A stretch of DNA of 64,000 nt from Candidatus Omnitrophota bacterium (GCA_003598025.1 QZKH01000003.1:234048-298047); one strand, 5' to 3'; shown: positions 30,301 through 39,863, counted from the stretch's first letter. The notes: generated from the sequence alone by a model not told the origin. Numbers and translations: made by a program.

Positions 30301-30506
30301 GTGCCGTTAAAAATAACATCAACCATGTCAGACCCTCGCAATGATTTTACTGATTGTTCTCCCAGCACCCAGCGCATGCTGTCAAATATATTGGATTTAC
30401 CGCAGCCATTCGGGCCGACTACTGCGGTAATACCGGGCTCAAATTGCAATACGGTTTTGTTAAGGAATGACTTGAATCCCAAGATCTCCAGCCTTTTTAA
30501 ATACAT
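27300..30506 (-). CDS. smc: SMC-family chromosome segregation ATPase with non-canonical, reduced hinge
   Basis: MYLKRLEILGFKSF, Walker A GPNGCGKSN, Q-loop VEQG, LSGGEKS, VLDEIDAALD, VITH, G.VNL.AIEEY; long coiled coils. Confidence 0.95.
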   Translation of the reverse strand: MYLKRLEILGFKSFLNKTVLQFEPGITAVVGPNGCGKSNIFDSMRWVLGEQSVKSLRGSDMVDVIFNGTDAKEPLSMAEVSLAFDNKGRYFAVDSEEVLITRRIFRSGECEYLLNKTQVRLKDILELLMGTGIGAESYSLVEQGKIDLLLSSKPEDRRLVFDEASGITKYKSQKREALRKLEETQQNLLRVNDIIVEVNRQISSLERQANKARKYKEAFEELKLKEFKLASSHIKGLLTEKDDIRNNVAQLTAKEAELSAAICQDEENISGRQVELAGIEDSLRKIKDIILDLNNQDFRANEKVNFNKEKIQELELTKIYLSKQLTQVKEKLSFDEEKFMKVKNEFDSLSSDISQKNTYIRSKEDELSQLNLSVRSSVDAIANAKKHILELMSKISSAKNQITDLISQEQVFLARKKRLQVENAKITEEKSLIEESLNLVTSELSAMESNFASINEKIQQLKSERQSQAGELTGLESEIDSFEKQLLSLESQREFLINLKHRYEDIGESMEAEIKIDRLPADILNGLVVRIKSYDKDNLRLTGEAKPIDLDAQRVEQLIDSVNKKLQELRLVKEKKELIIKELEASLAAVQEELRTVEINLANKKAYHETVSAQFSKLKEEEEVITIELNDLGKELSVITGKVMAISQQQKELEDNNKAQESLIIKEQNNITFTNEQKEGVLISIAEAKTQLQALLEKKDSEEETVMMLKKTYEQDRDVVMSIDTQLQDASKKQEALNSEISGLRISSEALAKEIVVKQEMLKENEARFRELSEGTSETVKMIESNRKEAEAVKARIYEIQMQEKDLDFQCQSIKDRILQAYKLDLGAEQETHSEDTIDENVLTQEIEKLKNRVDSYGSVNLVAIEEYDELKKRYDFLVQQQNDLVSSKESLHEAILKINRTTKKMFLETFEKVREEFRSYFRLLFNGGDGQIFLIDEQDPLESGIEIVCRPPGKKLQNVLLLSGGEKSMSAIALMFAIFKVKPAPFCVLDEIDAALDEANVDRFGRILQDFTETSQFIVITHNKKTIANADVMYGITMEESGVSKIVSVKFSQNKGIKDKQADLVPA

Positions 30507-30509
30507 GCT

Positions 30510-30881
30510 TCACTCCTTTTGGGTATAAATAGCGCTATTAATTTTATTTAATAATTCCTCATTAGAAATTGGCTTAGTAAGGATTTCCTTTGCGCCCATC
30601 TTAAGTGCTTTGTCTTCTAAAGCTTTATCAGATAATCCTGTAATCAGATAACAAACTGTTTTCAAAGAAAAATTTTTTGCCTCCAATAAAATATCAAACC
30701 CGGCTTCTTCATCTTCAAGCCTGAGATCGCAAAATATTATCTCTGGTTTGAAATCTTTAATTAAAGAAAGGGCATCAATTTTAGTCGAAGCAGTTGCAAC
30801 ATCGTGCTTTCTGCGAGTGAAAAAAGCCTTTTGAAACTCGAGCACATCCTTTTCATCATCAACAACTAATATTCTGGCCAT
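30510..30881 (-). CDS. Stand-alone response regulator receiver domain
   Basis: ILVVDDE, phosphoacceptor in FCDLRL, LITG, LTKP. Confidence 0.93.
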   Translation of the reverse strand: MARILVVDDEKDVLEFQKAFFTRRKHDVATASTKIDALSLIKDFKPEIIFCDLRLEDEEAGFDILLEAKNFSLKTVCYLITGLSDKALEDKALKMGAKEILTKPISNEELLNKINSAIYTQKE

Positions 30882-30883
30882 AA

Positions 30884-31066
30884 TCAATTTATACTTTTTG
30901 TATTCTCAACCATCCAGGAATCAATTTTCTCTTTCTGAAAACGCCACTGGCCGACAAGCTTAACCGCAGGTATCTTATGATGCTTAAGCCATTCATAAAT
31001 AGTCCTACGGCTGACTTTTAAATATAAAGATAAATCATCAATTGTCATTAATGCTGCAATATCCAT
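30884..31066 (-). CDS. Small excisionase-like (HTH_17/MerR-type) DNA-binding protein, 60 aa
   Basis: LMTIDDLSLYLKVSRRTIYEW...IPAVKLVGQWRF; AGGAG RBS; start moved to 31066. Confidence 0.9.
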   Translation of the reverse strand: MDIAALMTIDDLSLYLKVSRRTIYEWLKHHKIPAVKLVGQWRFQKEKIDSWMVENTKSIN

Positions 31067-31093
31067 TTTATCTCCTAACTTATTGTTGTGTAT

Positions 31094-31122
31094 ATGATAA
31101 TAAGAATTTTTGATTTTGTCAA
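31094..31122 (-). promoter_or_regulatory. Sigma70 promoter for HTH-receiver-smc
   Basis: TTGACA (31122-31117), 17 nt, TATCAT (31099-31094). Confidence 0.75.
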
Positions 31123-31519
31123 GCATAATTTGCAGTTTCTTACATCCTTATGCATAACAGAATGAAAGGTTGCAATATTATCCATACTTTATCATTACAT
31201 AACCTGTTGTAAATAAATAAGTTAGGGTGAAAATTGATTGGTAATCGATAACTTCTTTGTCTGCGCAGGGTTACGAATTTTTTTTCAAAATTTATCCGGT
31301 GCCGGATAATCATGAATTTGCAAATGATGCTAATAGGCTTTATTATCTCTGCCAAATAATCTGGTTCGTTGGACGGATCCATGACTGTTTTTATATTCAA
31401 TAAAATTAAAGTAGTAATCTTAGCGAAGGCATAAATCTATGGGTAGGTGTATTAGAAGGACTTTCCTGTTAACCGATTAACTCAATTAAAAATTTTTGTA
31501 TTGGTATTGCAGGGGATAT

Positions 31520-31592
31520 CAGTTCATGGTTGATAGTTCATTGTTCATAGACGTGGCTAATTTCTATGTACTACCAACCATGAACTATGAAT
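31520..31592. repeat. Inverted pair of heptamer arrays immediately after the etfA stop
   Basis: AGTTCATGGTTGATAGTTCATTGTTCATAG (31521-31550) faces CTATGTACTACCAACCATGAACTATGAA (31564-31591). Confidence 0.85.
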
Positions 31593-32815
31593 TATTTCTT
31601 TAATATCTCTTTGAATTTTCTCGTTAGGGCAGGTACTACCTGGAAGACATCTCCGACGATACCATATGTTGCTACTTTAAATATAGGCGCGTCCGGGTCC
31701 TTATTGATGGCTATAATAATCTTTGAAGATTGCATCCCGACGAGGTGCTGGATCTGGCCTGATATGCCGCAGGCAAAGTAAATCTTAGGCGAGACAGTGC
31801 GCCCGGTTTGCCCCACCTGGTGAGAATAAGGCATCCATCCCGCATCAACTGCCGCCCGGGAAGCACCGACAGCTGCGCCGATAACATGGGCAAATTCTTC
31901 AAGCATTTTAAAATTCTCGGGTGCACCCATACCTCTGCCTCCTGAAACAATAATATCAGCTTCGGCTAAATTGACCAACGATTCTACTTCATCGACAATA
32001 TCCAGAAGTTTAGTCCTAGAACTAAACAGCGCTGGATCGACTTTCTCAATTATGATTTTGCCTTTCCTTGCTTTATTCGGAGCCATAGGTTGCATGACTT
32101 TATGCCTGACGGTAGCCATCTGCGGCCTGAAATTAGGAGAAATTATAGTTGCCATTATATTACCGCCAAATGCTGGTCTTGTTTGCAGCAGTATTTTTTT
32201 GTCTGGATCAATATCTAAACCTGTACAATCTGCAGTAAGCCCTGCCTTTATCCTTATCGCAACCCTGGATATAAGCGAACGGCCGATTGAAGTAGCGCCG
32301 CAGAGCACTATTTCTGGTTTATATTTTTGTATTAAATAGACTAAGATGTTGGTATAAGGCTCATCCTGGAAATTAGCTATTTCTGGCGCCTGTACCAGAT
32401 AAATGTTATCCGCACCATGCCAAATTAATTCGTCCAATTGATCATCTAAGCCGTTGCCGATTAATACTGCGCTTACATCCGTCCCCAACTTTTTTGACAA
32501 CTCATGTGCCTTACCTAAAAGTTCGTAAGATACCGACTGGATCTTTCCTTTCTTTTGTTCAATAAATACCCAAACTCCCTTGTAGTCCTTGATATCCGGC
32601 AGCTTGCAAACTGACTGGTCTTTATCAATCATTATCGCTTTGAATTTACAAGCTGATACACAGGCCCCGCACAAAGTACACTTATCCTCGTCAATTACAG
32701 CGATTTTTTTGCCTTTAGCATCTAATCTGTCCATCATGCGGATGGCATCAAAGGGGCATGTCTTAACGCATAATGTGCAACCGGTGCATTTTTCTACAAT
32801 AATCTTTATAGGCAT
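31592..32815 (-). CDS. etfA: Electron transfer flavoprotein alpha subunit with N-terminal 2x[4Fe-4S] ferredoxin domain
   Basis: CTGCTLCVKTCP and CTLCGACVSAC; GLTADCT, TRPAFGGN, QVGQTG, GISGQIQH. Confidence 0.96.
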   Translation of the reverse strand: MPIKIIVEKCTGCTLCVKTCPFDAIRMMDRLDAKGKKIAVIDEDKCTLCGACVSACKFKAIMIDKDQSVCKLPDIKDYKGVWVFIEQKKGKIQSVSYELLGKAHELSKKLGTDVSAVLIGNGLDDQLDELIWHGADNIYLVQAPEIANFQDEPYTNILVYLIQKYKPEIVLCGATSIGRSLISRVAIRIKAGLTADCTGLDIDPDKKILLQTRPAFGGNIMATIISPNFRPQMATVRHKVMQPMAPNKARKGKIIIEKVDPALFSSRTKLLDIVDEVESLVNLAEADIIVSGGRGMGAPENFKMLEEFAHVIGAAVGASRAAVDAGWMPYSHQVGQTGRTVSPKIYFACGISGQIQHLVGMQSSKIIIAINKDPDAPIFKVATYGIVGDVFQVVPALTRKFKEILKK

Positions 32816-33597
32816 CAGTGGACCTCGTCCTTAATCAGCTTTACAAGTTCATCAACTATTTCCGGGATCTCGCCCTTCAAAATCTGCCCGCCAGTCCTGG
32901 GAGCAGGAGTAAATATCTTAACAACCTGTGTCGGGGAACCGCATAGACCGATTGACTGAGCATCAAGCGCCAGTTCCTTCTGACCCAGGGTAGCAATTTT
33001 AGCTTGCTTTGCCTTCATCATTCCCTTTAAAGAAGGCAGCCTTGGATTGTTTATTTCTTTTACTACTGTCAATAAAGCCGGTAAAGGAGTCTCAATGATC
33101 TCAAAGCCTTCCTCCATCATACGCTCTACTCTCATAGCTTTATCTTTGACCTCTTCTATTTTTTTAACATATGTTACCTGCGGAATATCTAAATGCGCCG
33201 ATATACCCGGCCCTACCTGGGCAGTATCACCGTCAGAAGCCTGTTTACCGCAGATTATAAGGTCGTAATCGCCTATTTTCTTTATTGCTGCAGCTAAAGT
33301 ATAACTGGTAGCCCATGTATCGCTTCCGGCAAAAGCCCTGTCACATATAAGTACACCGTCATCAGCACCCAAAGAAATAGACTCCCGCAAGACAGCTTCT
33401 GCCTGGGGCGGGCCCATCGTAATAACGGTTACTTTACCGCCAAACCTTTCTTTCAACCTGATCGCTTCTTCAATTGCATAAACATCAAAAGGGTTGATTA
33501 TGGACTTTACTCCCTCCCTAATCAAGGTGTTTGTTTCAGGGTTAATCCTGACTTCGGTAGTCTCTGGTACCTGTTTTATGCAAACGATTATATTCAT
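32815..33597 (-). CDS. etfB: Electron transfer flavoprotein beta subunit
   Basis: IIVCIKQVP, INPFD..AIEEA, AGSDTWATS, GKQASDGDTAQVGP; start moved to MNII at 33597. Confidence 0.97.
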   Translation of the reverse strand: MNIIVCIKQVPETTEVRINPETNTLIREGVKSIINPFDVYAIEEAIRLKERFGGKVTVITMGPPQAEAVLRESISLGADDGVLICDRAFAGSDTWATSYTLAAAIKKIGDYDLIICGKQASDGDTAQVGPGISAHLDIPQVTYVKKIEEVKDKAMRVERMMEEGFEIIETPLPALLTVVKEINNPRLPSLKGMMKAKQAKIATLGQKELALDAQSIGLCGSPTQVVKIFTPAPRTGGQILKGEIPEIVDELVKLIKDEVH

Positions 33598-33613
33598 ACT
33601 TATTTTCCCTATT

Positions 33614-33639
33614 ACTGTGAACAATGAACTGTGAACTAT
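33614..33639. repeat. Heptamer array overlapping the acyl-CoA dehydrogenase stop
   Basis: ACTGTGA ACAATGA ACTGTGA ACTAT. Confidence 0.8.
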
Positions 33640-34787
33640 TTAGCCATCTCTTTTATCAACTGCAATGCAATTATATTCCTCTGGATCTGGTTTGTGCCCT
33701 CATAAATCTGGGTAATTTTTGCATCACGTACATATTTTTCTATCGGGTATTCTTTCATATATCCGTAACCGCCAAAAACCTGCAATGCATCCACAGTCAC
33801 TTTCATCGCGACATCTGAAGCATACATTTTAGCCATAGCTGATGCCTTAGCAACATCCTTTACCCCGGCATCAACCATCCTGGCAGTAGAATATACCAAT
33901 GCCCTGGCAGCTTCGATCTCGGTTGCCATATCAGCAAGCATCCACTGTATACCCTGGAAGCTGGAAATTGATTTACCGAATTGGTGCCTCTCCTTAGCGT
34001 ATCTTACCGCCAGTTCAAGCGCGCCCTGTCCGATTCCCAGAGCCTGGGCAGCAACACCCGGTCTTGACATATCAAATGTCCTCATTGTAACGATAAAACC
34101 CATTCCTTCTTTGGCTATAAGGTTTTCCTTTGGCACTTTACAATCAGTAAATATCAGCTCCCTGGTTGAGGAAGCGCGGATGCCGAATTTATCTTCTTTT
34201 TTGCCGAAGGTAAACCCCTTCATACCTTTTTCAAGAATAAAAGCTGAAGCGCCTCTTGCGCCTTTAGTCTTATCCGTCATTGCTATAACTACGTAAGTTT
34301 CTGCATCGCCACCGTTTGTTATAAAGTGCTTTAAGCCGTTTAAGATATAATGGTCGCCTTCTTTTTTCGCTGTCGTCTTTATTGCAGAGGCATCTGAGCC
34401 TGCTTCCGGTTCGGTTACGGCAAAAGCTGCCACTTTCTTACCGCTGGCAAGATCAGGCAGGTATTTCTTTTTTTGCTCTTCACTACCGAATAAAACTATA
34501 GGAAAGGTACCTAAGGCAGAGGCAGCATAGCAGACAGCAATACCGCCGCAGGCACGCGAAAACTCCTCGGTAGCGAGGCAGAGGTTCAAAACCCCTACTG
34601 ACATACCGCCAAATTCTTCCGGGATGAATAACCCAAACAATCCTGCCTCCGCTATTACCTTTATGACCTCCCACGGATATTCTTCGCTTTCATCATATTT
34701 AGCAGCTACGGGCCTGATCTTCTCTTCAGCTATCTTATGCGCCAGGTCCTTGACCATTTTTTGTTCTTCAGTCAACAAATAATCCAT
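33636..34787 (-). CDS. Short-chain (butyryl-type) acyl-CoA dehydrogenase
   Basis: [44 protein letters not shown]. Confidence 0.96.
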   Translation of the reverse strand: MDYLLTEEQKMVKDLAHKIAEEKIRPVAAKYDESEEYPWEVIKVIAEAGLFGLFIPEEFGGMSVGVLNLCLATEEFSRACGGIAVCYAASALGTFPIVLFGSEEQKKKYLPDLASGKKVAAFAVTEPEAGSDASAIKTTAKKEGDHYILNGLKHFITNGGDAETYVVIAMTDKTKGARGASAFILEKGMKGFTFGKKEDKFGIRASSTRELIFTDCKVPKENLIAKEGMGFIVTMRTFDMSRPGVAAQALGIGQGALELAVRYAKERHQFGKSISSFQGIQWMLADMATEIEAARALVYSTARMVDAGVKDVAKASAMAKMYASDVAMKVTVDALQVFGGYGYMKEYPIEKYVRDAKITQIYEGTNQIQRNIIALQLIKEMAK

Positions 34788-34841
34788 AACTCCCTCCCTC
34801 AGTATTTTTAAAGATAATTATAATAACACAAAGAAAATCTA

Positions 34842-35291
34842 TTACAAGTTTTTTATTAGTGCGACCTCTTGGCAATCAGGAAATTTCGGGCAATTAATAC
34901 ATTCAGCCCAAACTTTATGCGGAAGATCTGCATGTTTTATCCTGCGGAAGCCGAACTTTTTAAAAAAATCCGGCTTATAGGTAAGCACAAATAATTTCTT
35001 TGCACCGAGGTCTTTTGCCTCCTCGATACAACTTGCCACCAGCTGTGTACCAATCCCTTTTGATTGGCTCTTTTTTTCAACAGCCAATGACCTAAGTTCA
35101 GCCAGATCCTGCCAGCAGATATGCAGGGCAGAACAACCGATGACCCTACCCCTTTCTTCGATGACAATAAAATCGCGCAGCCTGTCAAAAAGCTCATTTA
35201 AGGAACGCGGAAGCATAAGGTCTTCTTCGGCAAATTTATTTATCAAATTTTGGATTTTCGGTATATCGCTGACTTTGGCTTTACGGATCAT
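34842..35291 (-). CDS. Short GNAT N-acetyltransferase (short ArgA, N-acetylglutamate synthase-like)
   Basis: MLPRS, AELRSLAV, GIG..LV, LPHKVWAEC..CPKFPDC.E. Confidence 0.85.
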   Translation of the reverse strand: MIRKAKVSDIPKIQNLINKFAEEDLMLPRSLNELFDRLRDFIVIEERGRVIGCSALHICWQDLAELRSLAVEKKSQSKGIGTQLVASCIEEAKDLGAKKLFVLTYKPDFFKKFGFRRIKHADLPHKVWAECINCPKFPDCQEVALIKNL

Positions 35292-36517
35292 ACTATATCT
35301 GTCCCTTTTGCAACCACGACTATCCCAGAATCAGTCACATGGAACCTTTTTCTGTCTTCAGCCTGGTCATATCCTATAACCATGCCCTGAGGTATGTTGA
35401 CATCCTTATCAATGATCGCCCTCTTTATTTTGGCGTATCTGCCGACATTTACACCTTCCATAAGGATTGAATCGTATACCTGAGAATAACTGTTTATCCT
35501 GACATTCGGAGACAAAATAGATCTCTGCACCCTGCCGCCGCTTATGATACAACCGACAGAAACCAATGAATCCAGCACTAAGCCGATTCTCCCCGTAATC
35601 TCCTCTCCGGCAAAAACATTTTTGGCAGGCGGGAACTGTTCCTGGTAAGTCCTCACCGGCCAGTCTTTATCATAGAGGTTAAACACCGGGTCAACCTGCA
35701 CTAGGTCAATATTGGCATCATAATATGCGTCTATTGTCCCTATATCCCTCCAATACAAAGCCTCTTTTTTATTTTCATCAGCAAAATTATATGCGCACAC
35801 CTTAAGGCCCTTTTTAAGCATTTGGGGGATAATATCTTTGCCAAAATCATGGGAGCTGGACGAACGCTTGCTATCCTCGCCCAATTCTTTTATAAGCACC
35901 CCGCTATTAAAAACATAAATACCCATTGAGGCATAAATTTTGTTTGGCTTTGACGGGATAGTTACTGGATTCTTGGGCTTTTCATGAAAAGCAGTCACCC
36001 TGTCTGAAGAATCAACTTCCAGGACACCGAATTGAATAGCCTCATCCTTATCTACCTCAACCACGCCCACAGTTACATCGGCATTTTTCTCGCGGTGAAG
36101 GTCTATCAGGGTGTAATAATTCATCTTATAGATATGGTCCCCGGCTAAAATCAAAACTTCATCGGGTTTTTCATCTTCAAGCGTGTATAAGTTCTGGTAT
36201 ATAGCATCTGCGGTTCCCAAATACCATGACTCTCCCACCCTTTTCTGCGCCGGCAGAATTTCAATATACTGTCCGAGTTCTGAAGGCAAAATATTCCAGC
36301 CTAACCGTATATGCCTCTGCAAAGAAGCTGACTTATACTGAGTCAAAAGGTATATCTTCCTTAACCCTGAATTAATGCAATTACTTAATGTAAAGTCTAT
36401 TATCCTGTAAATGCCGCCAAAAGGAACAGCAGGCTTTGCCCTGTCGCGGGTCAAAGGATAAAGCCTCTCGCCTTTTCCGCCAGCCATTATAAAAGTAATA
36501 ACCTTGCGCATCATCAC
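35288..36517 (-). CDS. glgC: Glucose-1-phosphate adenylyltransferase
   Basis: AGGKGERLYPLTRDRAKPAVPFGG, GTADAIYQN, GDHIYKM, DFGKDIIP, YWRDIGT. Confidence 0.98.
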   Translation of the reverse strand: MMMRKVITFIMAGGKGERLYPLTRDRAKPAVPFGGIYRIIDFTLSNCINSGLRKIYLLTQYKSASLQRHIRLGWNILPSELGQYIEILPAQKRVGESWYLGTADAIYQNLYTLEDEKPDEVLILAGDHIYKMNYYTLIDLHREKNADVTVGVVEVDKDEAIQFGVLEVDSSDRVTAFHEKPKNPVTIPSKPNKIYASMGIYVFNSGVLIKELGEDSKRSSSSHDFGKDIIPQMLKKGLKVCAYNFADENKKEALYWRDIGTIDAYYDANIDLVQVDPVFNLYDKDWPVRTYQEQFPPAKNVFAGEEITGRIGLVLDSLVSVGCIISGGRVQRSILSPNVRINSYSQVYDSILMEGVNVGRYAKIKRAIIDKDVNIPQGMVIGYDQAEDRKRFHVTDSGIVVVAKGTDIV

Positions 36518-37113
36518 AAAAACACCCCCATAATTCCCCTTCTTATCATCATAACCCCGATAGCTGCTAACAGTATATACATAATTTTTGATACGGCTCT
36601 TACCCCGGTCTGGCCCATCACGTGCAATATATCCTCTGCGCGCGCCAAAACATACCAGACAATAAGCATATTTAAAATTATGGAAAGCAGGGTCAGCTTT
36701 ACCCCATAGATATCAATCATCATCAGGGCGGTAGTCAATACAGCCGGCCCGGTGATCAATGGCGTGCCGAGAGGAAAAATACCCAGAAACTTATCATTCT
36801 TGTCGAAATTTAAACTCTTCTTGGCGCCGGGAAGAAGCAGCCTTACGGAAATTATAAATATCAGGGCGCCGCCAGCAATCTGAAAATCCGGTATAGTTAT
36901 GCCTATTACCCCTAACAGGCCTTTGCCGATAAAAAGAAATAAAACAGCAATCAATGAAGCCGTGGTAACCGAATCAATGACTATCTTCCTTCTCTGCTTT
37001 TTAGCCTGGCCATCCACCAAAGCGATAAAAAGCGGAATAGTGCCAACGACATCGACTGCAACAAATATGGGAATAAAAACTGATATAAAATCTCTCAGCG
37101 TAATATTAAACAT
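36514..37113 (-). CDS. MarC-family membrane protein
   Basis: FQIAGG, FPLGTPLITGP, about six TM helices. Confidence 0.92.
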   Translation of the reverse strand: MFNITLRDFISVFIPIFVAVDVVGTIPLFIALVDGQAKKQRRKIVIDSVTTASLIAVLFLFIGKGLLGVIGITIPDFQIAGGALIFIISVRLLLPGAKKSLNFDKNDKFLGIFPLGTPLITGPAVLTTALMMIDIYGVKLTLLSIILNMLIVWYVLARAEDILHVMGQTGVRAVSKIMYILLAAIGVMMIRRGIMGVFL

Positions 37114-37188
37114 GATTAAATATTATAGCCCATTGAGGCTAAAAAACAAGAAAAAATGAATCATTATATCTTTTTAGCGCAACAAGCG

Positions 37189-38712
37189 TCACTTCCCGAT
37201 TCTTTTCCTCAGCTCGAACCTGTAACTCCATCTGGATTTAGAAATAGGTACCCCAAAAATATTGTTTTGGATACCTATAAACGTGCTCTTAGAAACATTA
37301 TAATTATACTTGAGATGGCTTTTATAATAAGTATATAACGACATGACGCCCACCATTGGCTCAGAAGGGCTTCCGCTGCCATTCCCGGAAAAAACTAAAT
37401 AATCATATATATCAATCCTGTAAGGATGCAGTGAAAAAGTCAGATCATAAGTAGTGTAATCACCTGCCAGCATATACCATAACTCCGGGGCTACCATTAC
37501 ACTGGAGCCGGAAGGGATACTATTTCTTAATATCCGTCTGTTATAATCGTAAGTATCTGCCTTTGTCCAGGTGGCGGGGAGAAGTATGTTCATCCTTATA
37601 AAAGGCAGGCAACCGATAAAAATAAATAAAAGTATAACCCTGATGAATTCTTTTTTAGTGGCGATTTCTTTGTTTGTCAAAAATACGACGGTAGAAATAA
37701 AAAATATTAAGAACGCCTGCGTATACATATGCCTGAGGGTAAAGACAAAAATCAGGATTAGGATAGATATTATCAAGCCTAAGAAAATCGGCAGGTTAAC
37801 TGTGTCTTTATGTTTATTCTTCCGGCTCGTTAAAGACCTGACAGCAATGTAGAAAAGAAATACACTCAACGGCAGGTAAAATAATGTGTCTGCATAACGG
37901 ACATGGGTAATAACCGAATAAGATACTGCCCTGACAAAATCGTCGCTTATAAAAAATAATGCATAACTTAGAGCCTGGCTTAAAATAAGCTTATAATCAA
38001 ACCCGGAAGCTGCAAGCCATGCGAAAAGAGTTAAGAATAATCCGATTAAAATGCTAGCAATTAGCTTGATGAAGCTTTTAATACTATTCCGGCAATAGCC
38101 TAAGAATATACTTGCCGCAAAAAAAATGATTAATAACCCAAGCCAAAAAGAAGTTGCAAGACATAAAAAGGACGACAGTAAAATAAAAATGCTATTCCTG
38201 AAAGAATTAATTTCTTTATATTTAATTGCAAAGTAAACCAATGCCAGCCCAAAAAATACAGCCAGGGTATCAGGTCGCGAAATTCCCTTGATCGCCAAGA
38301 TCCATGAAAAAAATATCAATCCTAATATATATACCGGAGGTTCGTCATCAGCGAAGATTTTAAAAAGTTTATACTGCGCATAGGCAACAAAAAGGCATAT
38401 CAAGAGCGATAATGCTAAACTGGAAGATATTGAAAAACCGAAAATCATAAACCATACTCCATAAATAAACGCATACACGGGAGGATACCACACCGAACAA
38501 TTTTCGACTCCCGGCCTGTAGCCAAAAACCCCCGGAGACGCAAAAGTATGATTTAAGGCAAAATTCCTTGCCGGCTCTTTAAAGATCATTTCGTCTGTAG
38601 AAGGAAAAGGCAGCTTAAATATGTAAAGGTAGAAGCTGATTAAAAACAATAGCAGCCAAAAGATTATTACCCGGTTCTTATGCAACATATTTTTAAGTTC
38701 TGGCAATTGCAT
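37189..38712 (-). CDS. Multi-pass membrane protein, probable GT-C (ArnT/PMT-like) glycosyltransferase
   Basis: DE motif after TM1 (STDE), YPP motif, RPD motif, many TM helices, C-terminal soluble tail. Confidence 0.6.
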   Translation of the reverse strand: MQLPELKNMLHKNRVIIFWLLLFLISFYLYIFKLPFPSTDEMIFKEPARNFALNHTFASPGVFGYRPGVENCSVWYPPVYAFIYGVWFMIFGFSISSSLALSLLICLFVAYAQYKLFKIFADDEPPVYILGLIFFSWILAIKGISRPDTLAVFFGLALVYFAIKYKEINSFRNSIFILLSSFLCLATSFWLGLLIIFFAASIFLGYCRNSIKSFIKLIASILIGLFLTLFAWLAASGFDYKLILSQALSYALFFISDDFVRAVSYSVITHVRYADTLFYLPLSVFLFYIAVRSLTSRKNKHKDTVNLPIFLGLIISILILIFVFTLRHMYTQAFLIFFISTVVFLTNKEIATKKEFIRVILLFIFIGCLPFIRMNILLPATWTKADTYDYNRRILRNSIPSGSSVMVAPELWYMLAGDYTTYDLTFSLHPYRIDIYDYLVFSGNGSGSPSEPMVGVMSLYTYYKSHLKYNYNVSKSTFIGIQNNIFGVPISKSRWSYRFELRKRIGK

Positions 38713-38713
38713 T

Positions 38714-39862
38714 CTATATTTTCTTGATTAATAAGAGGCAGCTAAAACTGGCTAATGAAGATATAACTATAAGCCATTTAAGCCCGATTAACGGAAGCAA
38801 GAAAGCCCCCGAAAGGTTGCTGGCGGTAAGGGCGACATTGCTAAAACTACACAATAATGCAAAGGATGTTGCTTCATAACCTTTTAAAGAGTTTCGCGCC
38901 ATAAAATCCATTACCATTAGAAATATAAACATGCCGATAAATCCGTAAAAAATGTTATATATGACTGCTGTTACGGGTGTATAGTAAAGATAACTTAATG
39001 TTACGGCCCCTCCAAGAAAAACTGACCAATAAAGCCACTTCTTAACATTTATCCGCTGGCTGAACTTATAATATAATACCGCACCCATAATTTCAAAAAT
39101 AGTGCTTATCGTGCTTAAGGCGCCAATCCAAACCTTGCCCCAGCCGAAGCTGTCTCTTTGGATAAAGAATAGCGGCGTACCAAAAGAAGGTGAAAATCTA
39201 TACAAAAAAATAAACAATCCGACAACCAGTATTTTCTTATTAGTTAATACCGGCTTAAGGCTTGCAATTATTGGCAGCCTATTCCGGCCTGGATCTCTAA
39301 CCAGGTCTTCTTTAAAATAGAAAGCAGCTAAACCTACCAATAAATAAAAAGGTATAAGCGATAAAAACCCTATTCTGAATCCCCATTTTTCGGCAATGAT
39401 CCCACCCAATATCCCGGTGAGTAACCCGGATATAGAAATAGATATCCATTGGACGCTCTGTATCTTGCCGGTTATATTATAAGCCTTCCCCTCAACGCAC
39501 ATAACACCGTCGACACAAACGTCCCTGAAGGCGGCATTTGTAGAATTCAGCAAAAGGACGAAAACCAGCATAAAAACAGGTAAAGCTACAAGTCCTACAA
39601 CCATAACAGTTGCCAGGCTCATAAGTAAAGCAAAAAATATCAGTGATCTTTTAGTGAAGAAATTATCTACGACATAGCCAATTAACGGTTTCAGCAACCA
39701 TGCAGAACTGATTATGCTGCCTAAAACCATTATTTTGGAAGGTGAAAAATATAATGACTCTTTAAGGTAATAAAAAAGGCTCTGGGAAGGAAGGGATTCT
39801 ATGCCCTGCACAAAATAAACAGAACTGCTTAATGCGTATATCCAGAATAATTTCTTATTCAA
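38714..39862 (-). CDS. MFS transporter, folate-biopterin (BT1/FBT)-like
   Basis: W.LKPL.G...D and F.DV..DG motifs, 12-TM pattern. Start set at TTG 39862 just after the secG stop, because the ORF-track extension overlaps secG. Confidence 0.75.
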   Translation of the reverse strand: MNKKLFWIYALSSSVYFVQGIESLPSQSLFYYLKESLYFSPSKIMVLGSIISSAWLLKPLIGYVVDNFFTKRSLIFFALLMSLATVMVVGLVALPVFMLVFVLLLNSTNAAFRDVCVDGVMCVEGKAYNITGKIQSVQWISISISGLLTGILGGIIAEKWGFRIGFLSLIPFYLLVGLAAFYFKEDLVRDPGRNRLPIIASLKPVLTNKKILVVGLFIFLYRFSPSFGTPLFFIQRDSFGWGKVWIGALSTISTIFEIMGAVLYYKFSQRINVKKWLYWSVFLGGAVTLSYLYYTPVTAVIYNIFYGFIGMFIFLMVMDFMARNSLKGYEATSFALLCSFSNVALTASNLSGAFLLPLIGLKWLIVISSLASFSCLLLIKKI

Positions 39863-39863
39863 G

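Noticed and set aside
30884-31066. Excisionase-like HTH taken as evidence of a prophage or ICE
   Set aside because: No integrase, phage or conjugation genes, and the flanks are core genes.
31140-31400. 86-aa ORF in the etfA-HTH gap
   Set aside because: No SD or recognisable domain, and it overlaps operator-like dyads. More likely non-coding.
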